In this document: one piece after another, positions 28,405-41,257 of the stretch
Numbering within the stretch: position 1 is the stretch's first letter
Layout of the letters: each line of letters starts with the position of its first letter
NCBI GenBank assembly: GCA_040954595.2
Contig: CM082579.2
Coordinates: 6,437,625-6,501,624, forward strand
DNA: 64,000 nucleotides
Direction of reading: 5' to 3'
DNA from: Balanoglossus misakiensis
Lineage: Eukaryota; Animalia; Hemichordata
Notes under the pieces: model-generated
Seen by the model: only the letters and a program-made list of their open reading frames with translations
What the model was told of the DNA's origin: nothing
Databases searched by the model: none
Translations under genes and position numbers: made by a program

Positions 28405-31400
28405 TCATTTCAGAGCCAGAAGTGAATGGCAACCCAGCTCAGAGCCTGACAACATGGCATCACACATCATACTATCATACCCTTGCTCTATCTGGACAGT
28501 TCTTCGATGTTCTATTGCACTGTTGGAGAAATTCTCTTGCATGATGCAAACCTCCTGCGAGTTACCAGTACTCACTGACATCGAAAGTCCGTTTTGATGG
28601 CCACCATTCGTGCCAGCTACACAGTAATCCATGGCACCGTCGCAAATCGTCCACTGGGGCGCTTTTTGACTGAACGCATCAATGCAAGCTCCTTCCATGC
28701 CACCATTTTGTGCAGCCACTGGAAGCCCATTGATGCGTGGTCCTACGAAGCAATTGGGAGAGAAATTTTAACAGGTTCACTATTTGAGCAATAAATAAAG
28801 TGAAACCTGTCTAACAGAAGGGCTGTCTTAGCATTTGAAGACCTCATTCATGGGCATTAACTTCGTCACTTCTGGGTGTGTACTGCGTATCAGATTTAGG
28901 GAGCTACACACAAAGTCCAGTTTAAAAAATGTTGACAAGACTTCCAGTGGCTGCGGGCCATTGTTATCACAACAATAAAAACACTACATCATGTGACCGC
29001 CGAGCTTTATGGGCACTGCAGTGCCCTGGCGTCCTGCTTTCAATGATGAGTTGAAGGATGGCGCTGACATATGACTGACTTGCTCTGGTGTACGTGTGGG
29101 ATGATTAGCGCTTGTCATATCTACATCATCAATTCCCCCACCTCCTGGGCCAGGGTCGCCAAGCCATATACAACAGGAATAGAAAAAGAAAAGAGTCTGT
29201 GTCAACTCCCCAGACAGAAGCTGCCGTGCGCAACTGAAACAACAAGACAGATCCCACACCACACTACAAGCCTAACACCTGTGTTTTTGTTAAGGTTGGT
29301 GAACATCGGCAAATGATTTGGGAACTGCTGTATCAAATCAGCTACCCATTAAAATAACTGCATTAGTATATCACAGGGAACCCGTATCCCACTAAAACGA
29401 CAGGGGAATCCCCTTGGTAACAATTACCTGGGTACCACCCTTAACAAAAACACAGTACACACTGACAGGACACATATAAAGCAGGGATGGTGAATATGGG
29501 TAGGGGAGGTTATGTGTATCAAAACACACAGAAGAAGTTGAAATCAAAACGCAAGTTTGGCTAAACCCTAGTAATGGTATAGGCAACCGTAAGGCGCTGT
29601 TAAATCCTCTGCAGAAGTAGCCGTTTTGTCTGTAACAGTAAATGGTGAAAAAACAGACTTCAGAGATTCCAACGCAAAAAGTTTTGACTCTTTCTTAAAA
29701 TACATGTGAAAACTGTTGATACTGAAGTTTTTGCAGCTAATAAATTACAGACTTTTCCTGACGTAAGGACGGTCTTAATATCAATTGTATCCATAAAAGA
29801 TTATTTATGTACAGTTAAAATATGATATGTTTAGTTGCAGTCTTAAAACTAAAAAGTCCCAGTATGGCCGAGACAAAATCTTGTTTCTCATCCTTGAAGA
29901 CTGTTAAAAGTTGTGCAGTGATGCACTGGAAGAAACAAACTTGTCTCCCATTTGGGAATCAAGGCATCCCTTGCGTGTTAAGTCAAAAAGTCATGCAGGG
30001 GTTAAAGGTCAGCAGAACACAACACAGCAACTTAATAATAACCATTTCCTACAAGACTACTGAGAGAGGTCGGTCGGTTGTGGGAAGATGCGAGCTGAGA
30101 AATTATCTCACCATCAGTTCTTGATTTTTTGAAGCAGGCCGTCTCCTCGTCGTCCCGTAAAGCTCTCTTTCTGCTGATGGCGTGAGGTAGTGAGTTGTTG
30201 TTGCTGATTGCGTTGCGAAATCCGTTCTGCTGCAGTGGCGCGCTTGCTTGGTGGTGGAACCCGTTCTGGTGGAACCCGTTCTGGTGGAATCCGTTGGCAG
30301 TGGCCTGGGTGACCATCAGCTGTTTGATGAAGTCCGCACACTGTTCGTTGCCGCAGGAGACAGCCAGCTGATCGGGCGTGTGTCCGTTGTGATTGGCAAC
30401 ACTGGTAAAAAAAGACGCAAATGGAGAACCAGTTACGGAAGGCAAGCAGGGCTCCACAAACTGACAACGTCTCAAAATTATCAAACATACATTCACTGAT
30501 GTTCATTACATTTTTCTAGTACATATAATTGCCAGCGTTTCAAGTGCAAAGGCTAGACTCTTGTGTTATTTGTTACTCACTTGAGCTGAGCATGATGGCA
30601 GTGAAGAAGTCCTATACACTCCACAGACCCACTCCTAGCTGCTTTATGCACTGCGGCTTCCCCTAGGTAGTCCTTGTACAAAAGTGAAGCATGAAATGAT
30701 CAGTCACATGTATGTACAAAATGAAAACAATAGATTTGGACTGTGAACCTTTGTGCTGAAAGGGGTTAAACAATAACATTGATGAATTTTTCAAACATAC
30801 CTGTCTGTTGACCTCAGCACCTGACTGTATCAGCCACTGGAGGCAGTGTGGGTGAACTCCGAACGCGGCAATGTGCAGTGGGGTCTGATTGAATCGCTTG
30901 GTGGCTATGTCAATGTTGACACCGCACGCTACCAGATTACGAAGACAATCAAGCTGTTGGATAATGTACACAAATAAATCCACATTACTGCATGTCAACT
31001 TCAAAGTTCAACGCAACCTTGTGTTTACAATTATTACAAAATGCCATATAAATATCTCTTATAATCAGCTGCTGATTAAAACTAAACAAACACCACGTCC
31101 AACAATACATGTTAACAATATAATATGAAATAATTGCTTTTTAAATAATAAAACACTCCTGATATTTACTGGTGCATGGTTTCCAGGGCTTCGTCAAAAG
31201 AGGGCGTGGTGCAAAATAGGTTTTTGAAAAAAGCGCCGACTGGAAAATTTGCATAAGAAACGTACATAGGATTGAACTACACAATGGACCATAACAAACG
31301 AAACTGACCTGTCACACAACGGGAAACGTTATCTTTGCCGAATTTCATCAAATACCTGTGACATTTGTAATAAAATAGCTTTGCGAATGATATCGACAAC

Positions 31401-31752
31401 AGCTCAGAAGCCGCCATCTTATTTCTCGGTATTCGGCGCGGAAATAGAAACTGGCTGGTCGTCAAAATATGGCCACATGCTTTCCATGCCAGTCGAGAAC
31501 AAAAAGATATTCAGCCCGGTTGAAGTGAAAACTGTCGGTTTAACCTACCTTTCCGAAATAAGCCGCCCAGTGTGCCGGGGTCCACCCGTAAAACTGGTCT
31601 TCGACGTACATTCCTGAGTGCTGGCCGTTGGCTATCAACAAAGACAGGGTTTCCGTGTCTCCATCTCGGCATGCCCGATGCACTGGATAAGAACGTCGCA
31701 GAATCGCTTCACTTTCCGACCCCCAGTAACCGAACGAGTACGAACTTTCCAT
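28405..31752 (-). CDS. ANKRD10: Ankyrin repeat domain-containing protein 10 (ANKRD10/ANKRD37 family)
   Basis: Exons 31752-31549, 30953-30801, 30672-30581, 30401-30112, 28742-28405. Motifs [75 protein letters not shown], and a bipartite NLS-like RKR…KKSRT. The last exon is less certain. Confidence 0.88.
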
Positions 31753-32506
31753 CGCAGAAATATTTACAGTGCGCCCTGAGGTTAAATTGAGGACATGGAA
31801 GGACAAGTGGTGGCACTTTCTTCGGTAAAAATTCCCCCACAAGCGCTAGGAGAAAATTCAAAACAATAACACACTACACTGCACTTCTCCGCGGAAAAAA
31901 ATCAATGCCACATCCGGGAATGTTTTCAGCAAATGCAACATCGCCCTCGCATGGTCGAAATGGGCTCAGTATGACTTCTGAAAAACACTTTTCAAAGGAA
32001 CACATTTGGGGGGGGGAGGGGATTGTCCCCGTGGTGCGTATCCTTCAGTATATTATGAATGATCACTGTCGTCGTCGTTACCTTTGGTGTTGTTCTGGTT
32101 CTTAAAATGGCAACAAAATGTTGTGTTTCAGACATAATGTTTGGATATAGATGGGAATGGTGTAACAATGCAACCATGGAAATTATATACAAGTGCTTCG
32201 TTTGTAATATACAGTGAGAACTTTCACTCGAAACACACGCTTACTACTACTAGGCGCACATTTTCTGATTCCCGTGAGAATGAAAAATATACGTACGACG
32301 TTTTTCCTTGTGACACGTCACTACTTTGTTAAACGTAACGATCATGCGGAAATTCGCCTAAATAACACGTGCATAAAAATGCTGAGATACATTATCATGA
32401 CATTACGGGAACTTTGATGATCTATTTTCATCAATTGTTTACGGTTACTTTGAAACTGCATCCAAGCACGAATGAACAATCAGTCACGCAGACTAATAGT
32501 ATTCTT

Positions 32507-32514
32507 TATATAAA
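32507..32514 (+). promoter_or_regulatory. TATA box of Cys-rich peptide gene A
   Basis: TATATAAA, followed by a non-coding exon ending at donor CAG|GTATAA (32602) and an acceptor 8 nt before the ATG. TCACGCA at 32484-32490. Confidence 0.6.
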
Positions 32515-32737
32515 CCAGATCCAATCCCACCAGCTTCGACAGAACGACTTTACATTGCACTGAGACTGAACACGGTGCCGATCGAGTTGCCAAACCAACC
32601 AGGTATAATACTAGACCTATTTTTTTCATATTTCCATATATCACCATCTGCTTAATTATAGCGTAGAGATTGGGGTTGCATGTTTTCACTTCCGCCGTAT
32701 TAACTTTCTATAATTGTGATATTTTTCAGTGTTCAAG

Positions 32738-33169
32738 ATGAAGACGACATTTCTGTTTGTAGCATTCTGCGTTGGAGTGGCAGCAGTGCAAGCTTTTGGT
32801 AAATATGATTGTTTGAATGATGAAAAATTCACTTCGTCATTGATATACAACAAAATACAAATAAAAGTACATACAATCATTTAGAAAGGCATTCCTATGT
32901 TGTCCATGCCGTTGACAAAATTTTGTCTGCGTTGAAATGCCTCACAGTGGTCGTACCCACCGTTTCCCTTCTTACTTACAGGCAATTTTAGGGACACGCC
33001 TGTTTCCGTCGTTGTTCACATGGCACCCAAAATGACCTTTCAGCAAGACTTGGTTGACGAACTGATGACTGTCGACTTCGCCAGTACAGCCGAGGTGGAC
33101 TGTTGCGACCGCGCCGCGTGTCTGGTTCGCGGGGGAAATGTTTGCGATCCGAAGTGCCCGCCATGCTGA
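32738..33169 (+). CDS. Secreted Cys-rich peptide precursor A (FGNFRDT family, 82 aa, 6 Cys in tail)
   Basis: Exons 32738-32798 + 32982-33169 (phase-1 intron): MKTTFLFVAFCVGVAAVQA-FGNFRDTPVSVVVHMAPKMTFQQDLVDELMTVDFASTAEVDCCDRAACLVRGGNVCDPKCPPC*. Absent from the ORF track; homologous to genes B-D. Confidence 0.85.
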
Positions 33170-34235
33170 GAAAGATAACAGTACGTAGGTGTCATCTTGA
33201 CAACGACTCTCATATTAACTCAACACATCTATGATTCCCTTTCGAAGAATATGTATGTGTGGTCATCTATCCAAATTCAGTCACGAAAATTACCATAACA
33301 AGTGGAGATCTTGAAACTTGCCAATATTTTTTTCACAAACTAATTCATGCAATTGTATGTCTTTCATTTCAGGAATTCAGTGGGATGAGTGATGTGCATA
33401 AGCGACTGCCAACACATCGGTTTGGAATTTTCAAGTTTCTGCTTATTTCTGTTGTCGTTTACCCACTCACCCGCAGGGGCAACTGATTATTAAAATATCA
33501 TAAACCTTATTTAAATGTGACGTGTCCTTGTCTCATCTATCTTCCTGGTTATCATCACCATTCGGATATACTTTCCCAACTGTGTGAAAGTGAAAACTTT
33601 GCAGCCGTGTTTATTGATAACGATGCCAACTTTGACATTCGCGATTGTTCAGTCGACACGTCTCTTCTTATACTGCGAGATGGTGTTCACTTTGCTTATG
33701 CTGGCAGTGACAAGCCCAAACCTGTCAAACTGCTGTTTTTCAACGACCCCTCCCCCTTACAGAGGAAGACGTCTTACATCCGACTTGCAACAAGCACACC
33801 ATCGTTCACACACCTCGACATTCAAAGCTACATTATGCCTATCGGATGAGGCAAAAAGGCCGGGTTACTGCCGCTTCGGTGATCCAGAAGTCTGGCAAAC
33901 ACGGAAATACACTGTGGTGTTACACTGTGTAAGCTTATACAAGTACGAGAATTTGTCCACTGACAGTGTAATACTTTGCACTTTTGTGCTTTTATGGGAA
34001 ATCCAAAAACACGATGTTTTCGAAAGATTTTAAAGGCATCCATAACAGAGGGCGCGCTCTACTTCGTTCAGGTACCATAATTATTCATCGACAGCATTCT
34101 CTTGAACGTGGTAAGAGTTTGGGTACAAAGCTAACTTTGGGAAAACAAAACTCTGAAACTAAGTAGACTAAGCTCATTCTATCGGGCAGTCAACTGACAT
34201 CGTCGCTGCGCATCAAAGCTACCTGAACATGATAA

Positions 34236-34565
34236 GGGGCTGGTCAGAATTAACAGGAGGGCAGGCTGTGTCTTCTGAACTGAAGTATCGTCAATGACAC
34301 TGTCTGAGACATCTCCGTTTTCAGCTAGCATCATGATATCTTCTGTGTCACTGCCAATATCGGAATCAAAATCATCATGGGTTTGTGAGCCTTTCTCTGT
34401 GACATTTCAAATATAAGAACATTTTCCGAGTCATCCTTGCACAAAAATTAGAGACCCTCCGCCAGACTCAAAATGAAGTGGCCCTCCCCCGAACCGTTGT
34501 ACGCAAAATAACGACCTTCCCCAATCGCACCAACCTTTCCCCCACTGTTAATTCTGACCAGGCCC
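34236..34565. mobile_element. PIF/Harbinger-type MITE (330 bp)
   Basis: 21-bp TIRs GGGGCTGGTCAGAATTAACAG / CTGTTAATTCTGACCAGGCCC (20/21 match), flanked on both sides by TAA (34233-34235 and 34566-34568). TAA is the canonical Harbinger target-site duplication. Confidence 0.75.
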
Positions 34566-35370
34566 TAATGGGCATCACATGCCCAAAATCAATGTAACAT
34601 AGACGGGGTTGTTTGACAGAAATCTGTGGTCGGTCCACCATTCTTTGACAAAAGTCAGAGTGGTGCTGCACGATGGCTCTTGTATCTCTCTCCTTACAAG
34701 TCAACGACATCACGTGTTTGTTCGTGGAAAATTCCTTGCACACAATACCCGTACAACCCAAACAACCACACGAATACAACTCTATATGGCAAGCAAATAA
34801 TAACCTTTATTACTCTATGTTCTTTTTGGCACGATCGCACCAAATTAAACAAAAGCAGACGGAGACGAGATGTTGCTCCACGCGTGAGTGACCAATTGTA
34901 CTGCATGGTTGGACTACAAACTTTCAGATAGGTCGTCCACGGGTGTCCATTCTGTAGGTCCGTCTCCACCTGATGGGAAAATCCAAAGAAAGTCTTGTGT
35001 GAACGATTTTAGCCGTTGTATGCCCCAGCTCACCGTCCATCCATTGACCAGAACATCACGATCATATAGCTTTTGGTTTACAGCTCTAACCAAAACTGGA
35101 AATTTCTGTTCAAAGCTCGTTCCTTTACAACGAATCTACAACGAGGACGGTGGTGCAACATGTATCGGTTGTGATACACAATTTATTCACACTGAGATGT
35201 AGGTACATTATAGTCGAGTTGCTATGGCATGCCTGCCGCTACAGAACACCCCGAAAATTAAAAGCCAAGTGTTTTTGTTTGTTTCCAGTACGTGGCTACA
35301 CATGTGCAACTGTCAGAATCCTTTTGTACAACATATCGGCGTTGTGGGATTTACCTTCAGGATGTTCCGT

Positions 35371-35849
35371 CTAACTACAGACGTCGCAATCGACAGGACA
35401 GGCGGGGCCTAAGAGAATGCAACAGGCACCTATACAACACGGACACTCGGGACTCTGCGGGGCGCCTCCTCCATTAAGAAAGACGGCAGCATCCAGAAAT
35501 TCCAGCTGCATCTGTCTATCAGGCTCCAGGTGGATCTTTATCTCCGTCTTGGTGTCGCGGAAGTTTCCTGCAGGCAGGATCAAAAATGGACTCCGTATAG
35601 TTCAAATGAGAGAATACGCGCAACTTGCTTTGTCGCATATTAGTTCATCAGCTCTAATAACGAAAGGTTCTGCTCTTTTCTGTTTCCAAGGAAACGCGAC
35701 GTATACGATGAAGTAAAACCAAGAGAAACTTCATGGGTTTATACGATGTAAATTACACTGGACAAGCCCCAAATGACTGACAATGACTTACCGAAGCACC
35801 TCACCATTACTGCCAGTCCCAACAAAAGTAATACGCACAGTGTTTTCAT
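35371..35849 (-). CDS. Secreted Cys-rich peptide precursor B (FGNFRDT family, 84 aa, 8 Cys in tail)
   Basis: Exons 35849-35792 + 35567-35371: MKTLCVLLLLGLAVMVRC-FGNFRDTKTEIKIHLEPDRQMQLEFLDAAVFLNGGGAPQSPECPCCIGACCILLGPACPVDCDVCS*. Confidence 0.87.
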
Positions 35850-36071
35850 GACTACGATCTGTCGGGGAAATGGTTTTAAAAATGACTTTGAACTGTCGTG
35901 AACGTTTACAGACGGGCGGGCAGACTGACTGGCTGATAGAGATAGAGAGAAACAATACAAATACCGAGTAATAATGCAACACATCGGGCAGAGACACGTT
36001 GACTGACAGTCAGTTGGTCTGTTGAACAGACAAATATAGGCAGGTGGATAGAGACCATTGCACAAACAGGC

Positions 36072-36139
36072 GAGAAACAGAGAGAGAGAGTGGGTGGATG
36101 AGAGAGAGAGAGACAGAGAGAGACAGTGAGAGAGACACA

Positions 36140-36189
<50 letters not shown>

Positions 36190-36220
36190 AAGACAGAGAG
36201 AGAGAGACAGAGACAGAGAA
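36072..36220. repeat. (GA/GACA)n purine-rich microsatellite in the predicted 5'-UTR intron of gene B
   Basis: Directly visible. Confidence 0.9.
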
Positions 36221-36314
36221 GTGGACTATGAGGTGAACATATATTTACCTGACCACAAGGCTTACTTTGTCTGCGGAAAGTAGACGAAGCTTACATGTCA
36301 GTTTGCGTTTGTTT

Positions 36315-36321
36315 TTTTATA
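36315..36321 (-). promoter_or_regulatory. TATA box of peptide gene B
   Basis: TATAAAA on the minus strand; non-coding exon ends at CAG|GTAAAT (36249). TCACGCA at 36332-36338. Confidence 0.6.
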
Positions 36322-37609
36322 CATTTTCCTATGCGTGAGATGCCATACCTCCTTTTTTGTTGGACGGGACTTGGTAATCGTCCCGAAACATGAAATTTAC
36401 CAAATCCTTTCATTAAATCTTTTGAATGAACAAAGATAAATGATTTTTATAGGTCTTTTTACTACGTTCCAATAACATTTCAAGAGAAGTTCCCCGAACC
36501 AAAATGTTAACGAACGGTGTTACCGATTTGTGACACGTTAATGTGTTTTACATACACCCACACTCATTTTTTACTCGTTTATTATCTTGCTAAAGCGGAA
36601 AATATATCATAAAAGCTGTGCCGTAAACGTTAAAACGTCTTTTTTCAATTACAAGTATCAGTGTGCCATTCAAGTTAAAAGCTTGATGATCTGGGTTTCA
36701 AATCATATCCAGGGCAAATAATCCTAATGAACAGTTGCCACTCTGGAGGATTTCCAGCAGAATGCTTTGTTCAGAAACTATAAACGTAAACGCTATCTTA
36801 AAACTTTGGGGCCAAGGTGACATGGCCGAAATTTATAAAAATTGCAGGGAGACATACCGATACAGCTAGTGACGAGAACAGAACAGCCAAGAACTAGCAA
36901 GTGTAACGATCGAGCCAACCCTACGTCTGATTTTTTATCAGATTGAGCTCACGTTCATGGCCCTGCCAATGGTCAGTTTAAAATCACATTTTCACCTGGC
37001 CAGGTTTTCTTTTACATTTTGTACATACAAATTGACAGACACAACGAACATATTTCACTCATCTGTTTGTGTTTTATTTATTCGTATCTCGTGTCGTTTA
37101 AGGTAATTACAATCACTGCAAAGCGGTGACAGGTGTCGTCAGGTAGAACTCACGAAATAAAAGAACCCCTCTTCGTCAGGCAATGTAGTCACACCTGTCA
37201 CAAGCTAGCCCAATTCTGAAAAAAATGACATATGTGAAGAATATGAGGTGCTAAAAAGAGAGAAGGGCAACTTTTTTATGTGACGTAGTAAAATGATTTG
37301 TGGCTCGTGTCTTGTTGCATCGGGTATTACCATTGCGGTGAATAGTCCAGCAAATGACAACAGTTCCATCTACGCAGTAACTGATGCTGTAAAGAGGCCG
37401 TGGTTTACGACGACGTAGTCGAGGCAACGACCCGCGCGAGCGGAAGATGTCAGGCGGGGTGCTATAAACTTTCAAAGAGGGTTGTACGAAACTTTGTTTG
37501 TTTGTTTGTTTGTTTGTTTGTTTCCAGTACGTGGCTATACATGTGTAACTGTCAGAATCCTTTTGTACAACATATTGGTGTTATGGGATTTACCTTTAGG
37601 ATGTTTCGT

Positions 37610-38147
37610 CTAACTACAGACGTCGCAATCGACAGGACAGAGGGGGCCTAAGAGAATGCAACAGGCACCTATACAACACGGACATTCTGGACTCCGAGCC
37701 ACCCTCGAGTCGCCTGTGCCTGTCCCCAGGAACATAATGGCGTCGACTAGATCGATCTGCATGTCTCTATCTGGCTCCAGGTGGATAGTTATTGTCGTTG
37801 GAGTGTCGCGAAAGTCCCCTACAGGTGCGAAATGCATATACCATGTATCAATTAACCCACGGCACGGACAAATCTGGTGATGCGTTGGGTAGACTTTTGA
37901 TTCTTTTGATGCCACTTTGAAGAAAACTTATTTCACATGTGATTGCGCCTAGACTTTCGAAACCGGCCGGGCCACAGACAAAGTCTGTGGCCGGGCTTAC
38001 GTGGAAAACTTTTGATGGTTATGCACTTACAACTCTAAGTAATTGTACTTCATACACATTTATAATAATACATTTGAAGTACTCACCAAAACATTTAACT
38101 GACACCACCGCCGCAGCCAAGAGAGTCAAGTACCACAAACTTCTCAT
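37610..38147 (-). CDS. Secreted Cys-rich peptide precursor C (FGDFRDT family, 89 aa, 8 Cys in tail)
   Basis: Exons 38147-38087 + 37818-37610: MRSLWYLTLLAAAVVSVKC-FGDFRDTPTTITIHLEPDRDMQIDLVDAIMFLGTGTGDSRVARSPECPCCIGACCILLGPLCPVDCDVCS*. Confidence 0.87.
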
Positions 38148-38665
38148 CGTTAAAATATTTGTGATCTGCTGTGAACCGTCTGTTCACATGTCGGCGTTGA
38201 GGGGAAAAAAGAACGGGACGCGAAATCAGCTGTTATGCAGAATACTGAGAGATACAAAAAGGCGCACACATTGCAGAGGTGCACGTGGAGGGGACCACGA
38301 ACAGAGAGGGGCGATACAAATGACGAGGTGTGAGGGGGGGGGGCATTGGGAGGAGAATAAGGGTGCTAGTGTAAGAACGATACATGAAACCCCCAATTTG
38401 AGTTGCATCTTCCGCGGAGGAATGACAGGTGTGCTGAAAAGGCAATGAACAGAGCATGCAGGAGACGCACAGGTGATCGAGTAGTGCACACACCAGGCAT
38501 TCGCAGACGATCGACGACAGATGGAAACGACAAGGGGAGGGGGGGGGGGTTCCTAAGCGATGGATGGACGAACAGACAGCACCATGGCCAGTTGACTTAC
38601 CGAACACTCGATTTGAGGAACTTCACCAGCAGAAAGTTGATGAATGTCCAGCTCCACTGGTCGTC

Positions 38666-38672
38666 TTTTATA
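38666..38672 (-). promoter_or_regulatory. TATA box of peptide gene C
   Basis: TATAAAA on the minus strand; non-coding exon ends at TCG|GTAAGT (38601). TCACGTGAC at 38683-38691. Confidence 0.6.
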
Positions 38673-39192
38673 TGCATTTCAAGTCACGTGAAAAATCCCT
38701 CCTCTTGTTTTTTTTTTTCTTTTTTTTTCGAGGAATATTCGGTCTAATGAATCAACAATACTGACAAATTCAGCGCTGGTTGATATGTAAGGGTTTTGCG
38801 TGACACCATAACTCAAAGTTGACGGTGACACCTCAATTTTTTTCGCGACGACTGGGTTCAAATTTAATTGAAATCATGCAGGATATTATTTGAGTAACAA
38901 ACAAAGCCTACCAGAGAAATCGATTTTTACAAAAAAAAAAGAAAAGAAAAATTCAAGACTGAGATCTGATAACTGTTCATATGCAAAAATAAAAGTTTTG
39001 GCTTCGAGACAAGTGAGTCTCTCGAACACCTCTCCTATTCTATGAGACAAATATTACGTGATTGAATTTGAGAGAAATCAGTCGTTTTGGAACTCATATA
39101 GTACTTTTTCTGGTCATGAATTTAATATTTGTGCAATTTTCAGATATTCATAGCGACAAGATTAACCTCAAATTCTCAAAATACATGTATGT

Positions 39193-39245
39193 GTTTGTTT
39201 GTTTGTTTGTTTGTTTGTTTGTTTGTTTGTTTGTTTGTTTGTTTT
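39193..39245. repeat. (GTTT)n microsatellite
   Basis: Directly visible; a shorter copy lies at about 37493-37523. Confidence 0.9.
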
Positions 39246-41059
39246 TATCTTCCATACGTCGCGTAAGAAACATTCCTCCCTGATCCTGATTGTGGCGGAG
39301 TTGGAATTTTATTATAATAGTTCTTTTAACGTTTTATAAGAACAAACTGAAAGAGGAAATCCATCCCCGATCAACCATTTGTTTCTGCTGTTCACAGAGA
39401 ATCTGGTCTGGCGCATGCGCATCATGTGACGATAGAGGCGCTTTAATAACCGGCCGACTTCAACGTTCCCATGACCGACATCCGCAACTTTATCATCACG
39501 TGACTTCGGGTTGCAAAACTCGGTTTACGAGCTTACTGAAGTCATAACGGGCACCAGAAACACATATAACACACCAACCCTTGTTGCCACAATAAAGAGA
39601 ACAATTTATTGCGATAGCATGCAAGGTTTTCGATAGGCATGAATCACACGCGTCATCAAATTTATTTTATGCAGCATTTACATGCGAGTGCGCCAACTTC
39701 CCCAACCAAACTATTATTCGTTCCATTATGCGTAATAATTATGTATGCGCTTGTACCAGGGGGAAAAAGTAAAATGCCAAGTCATGCGATTTCAATGATG
39801 GTAGTACGTATGGGCGTTGCAATTTTCCTGACGAAAGAATAGTTCAACGCTTCGAAATTATCAAGACTCCACTTATATATGATGCGTTATAGCACGGTCA
39901 CTCGGTGGTGACCGTGGTAACAGTGATCAAGTCAATAGAAGGATTTGAAATCAACCCTGCACTTCATTTCATTTGAATGACAGAAAATCTGCAGTTCGAT
40001 CTTCCATTTGCGTTGCCCTTTATTTATTTTCAATCAGTGCGTCAAAACTCTTATTTTTATTCATAAATGTTTCAACCATTTTGAATAATGACTGAAACCG
40101 TGGGCTGGTGTTTTCGTGGAAATCCTTTTATGGGAATTTGAATAGTCACGTTTTATGCTCTTTGAAAATACAGTTAACACATGGCTGTGGATAACTAAAC
40201 TGTATATCATTTTATCAGTAGGTCAGCATTAACCCTTCTAAAATATAAAATGTGAGAAATCGCAATCTGGAGAGAAATAATGGCCCTTCAAACCATTGTG
40301 AGGGTATTTTCAAAACAGTTTTGAATTAAACTGATATTCAGAGATAACTTTAACATAATACGACCGCAACATTGCTCATACCTGCAGCGCAGGCCACTGC
40401 AAACTGCATGGTCTCAGATTCCTGCAAATTTCGATATATTTCCGAACTGTAAGGGCATTGATCTGTTATGTGGCTTACACCTGTGTCAAAAGGCATATTT
40501 CGGTGACGTGCAAAATAAGGTGATTTCTTTGTGTGTGTCCTTAAAGACAGAGGTGACCAGTGCTATTGTCTTGGAGCAAGCACCTGCAGTAAGACAGAGA
40601 GTGTTTTGTTCTCTCGTCAAGAAATGTTGCCCCTTTAATTCCAGTAACTCGTCTGATTAAGGTACCACAGCACAGGGAAGAAGCGATCCTACACGAATAC
40701 ACATTCAAAGCATCGCCACTGGGCATCATTTGAAGCCACGTCGTGTAGAATGAACCGAGGTTCTTTTTTTCATTCTTTCTGACAGTGCTGGTGAGGCAGG
40801 CGTCACGTGATCACACCAACTAAGTGGCGTTACTAATTTCATGAATAGCTGTCGACATTCTAGCTGGACAATAACTGGATCTCAGCCGTCATATCTAACG
40901 CCGAACAGTTTTTTCATCAATTCCTGCTTCGAATCAAAAATGACTATATAATCTGGGTTCATAGCAACCGCATTACTTTACTTGTGTCGGTGAATGTATA
41001 CCAGTCCGTTTCCTTAGCCTTTTCTATGCTAACAATTTAAAAGATCATTTGCGTAAATA

Positions 41060-41257
41060 CAGTCAAAATTGTCTATAGCGGCGAGTCGAGGGACTTTCCT
41101 AAACCGTACTTTATAGACAGGTGGTCTTTATGGACATGCCAATTAATGTGCATGTAAATTACATAGGGACTGTGTCGAAGTAGCCTCTATGATAGACAAG
41201 CATAGAGAGTGAGTGCTCTGCTGTCTATGATACAAGTATTGAACACACGTTTAACTG
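41060..41257. mobile_element. Degenerate Tc1/mariner-pogo-type MITE
   Basis: TA|CAGTCAAA…TTTAACTG|TA: TA flanks and short imperfect CAGT-starting TIRs, with internal repeated TATAGACA-like motifs. Confidence 0.4.

Noticed and set aside
33517-35202. Protein-like ORFs between peptide genes A and B
   Set aside because: No ATG or splice structure and no recognisable domain; frames are interrupted. Possibly decayed repeat sequence, but I cannot support a call.
36044-36283. RE/RD-rich ORF
   Set aside because: Translation of a GA microsatellite.
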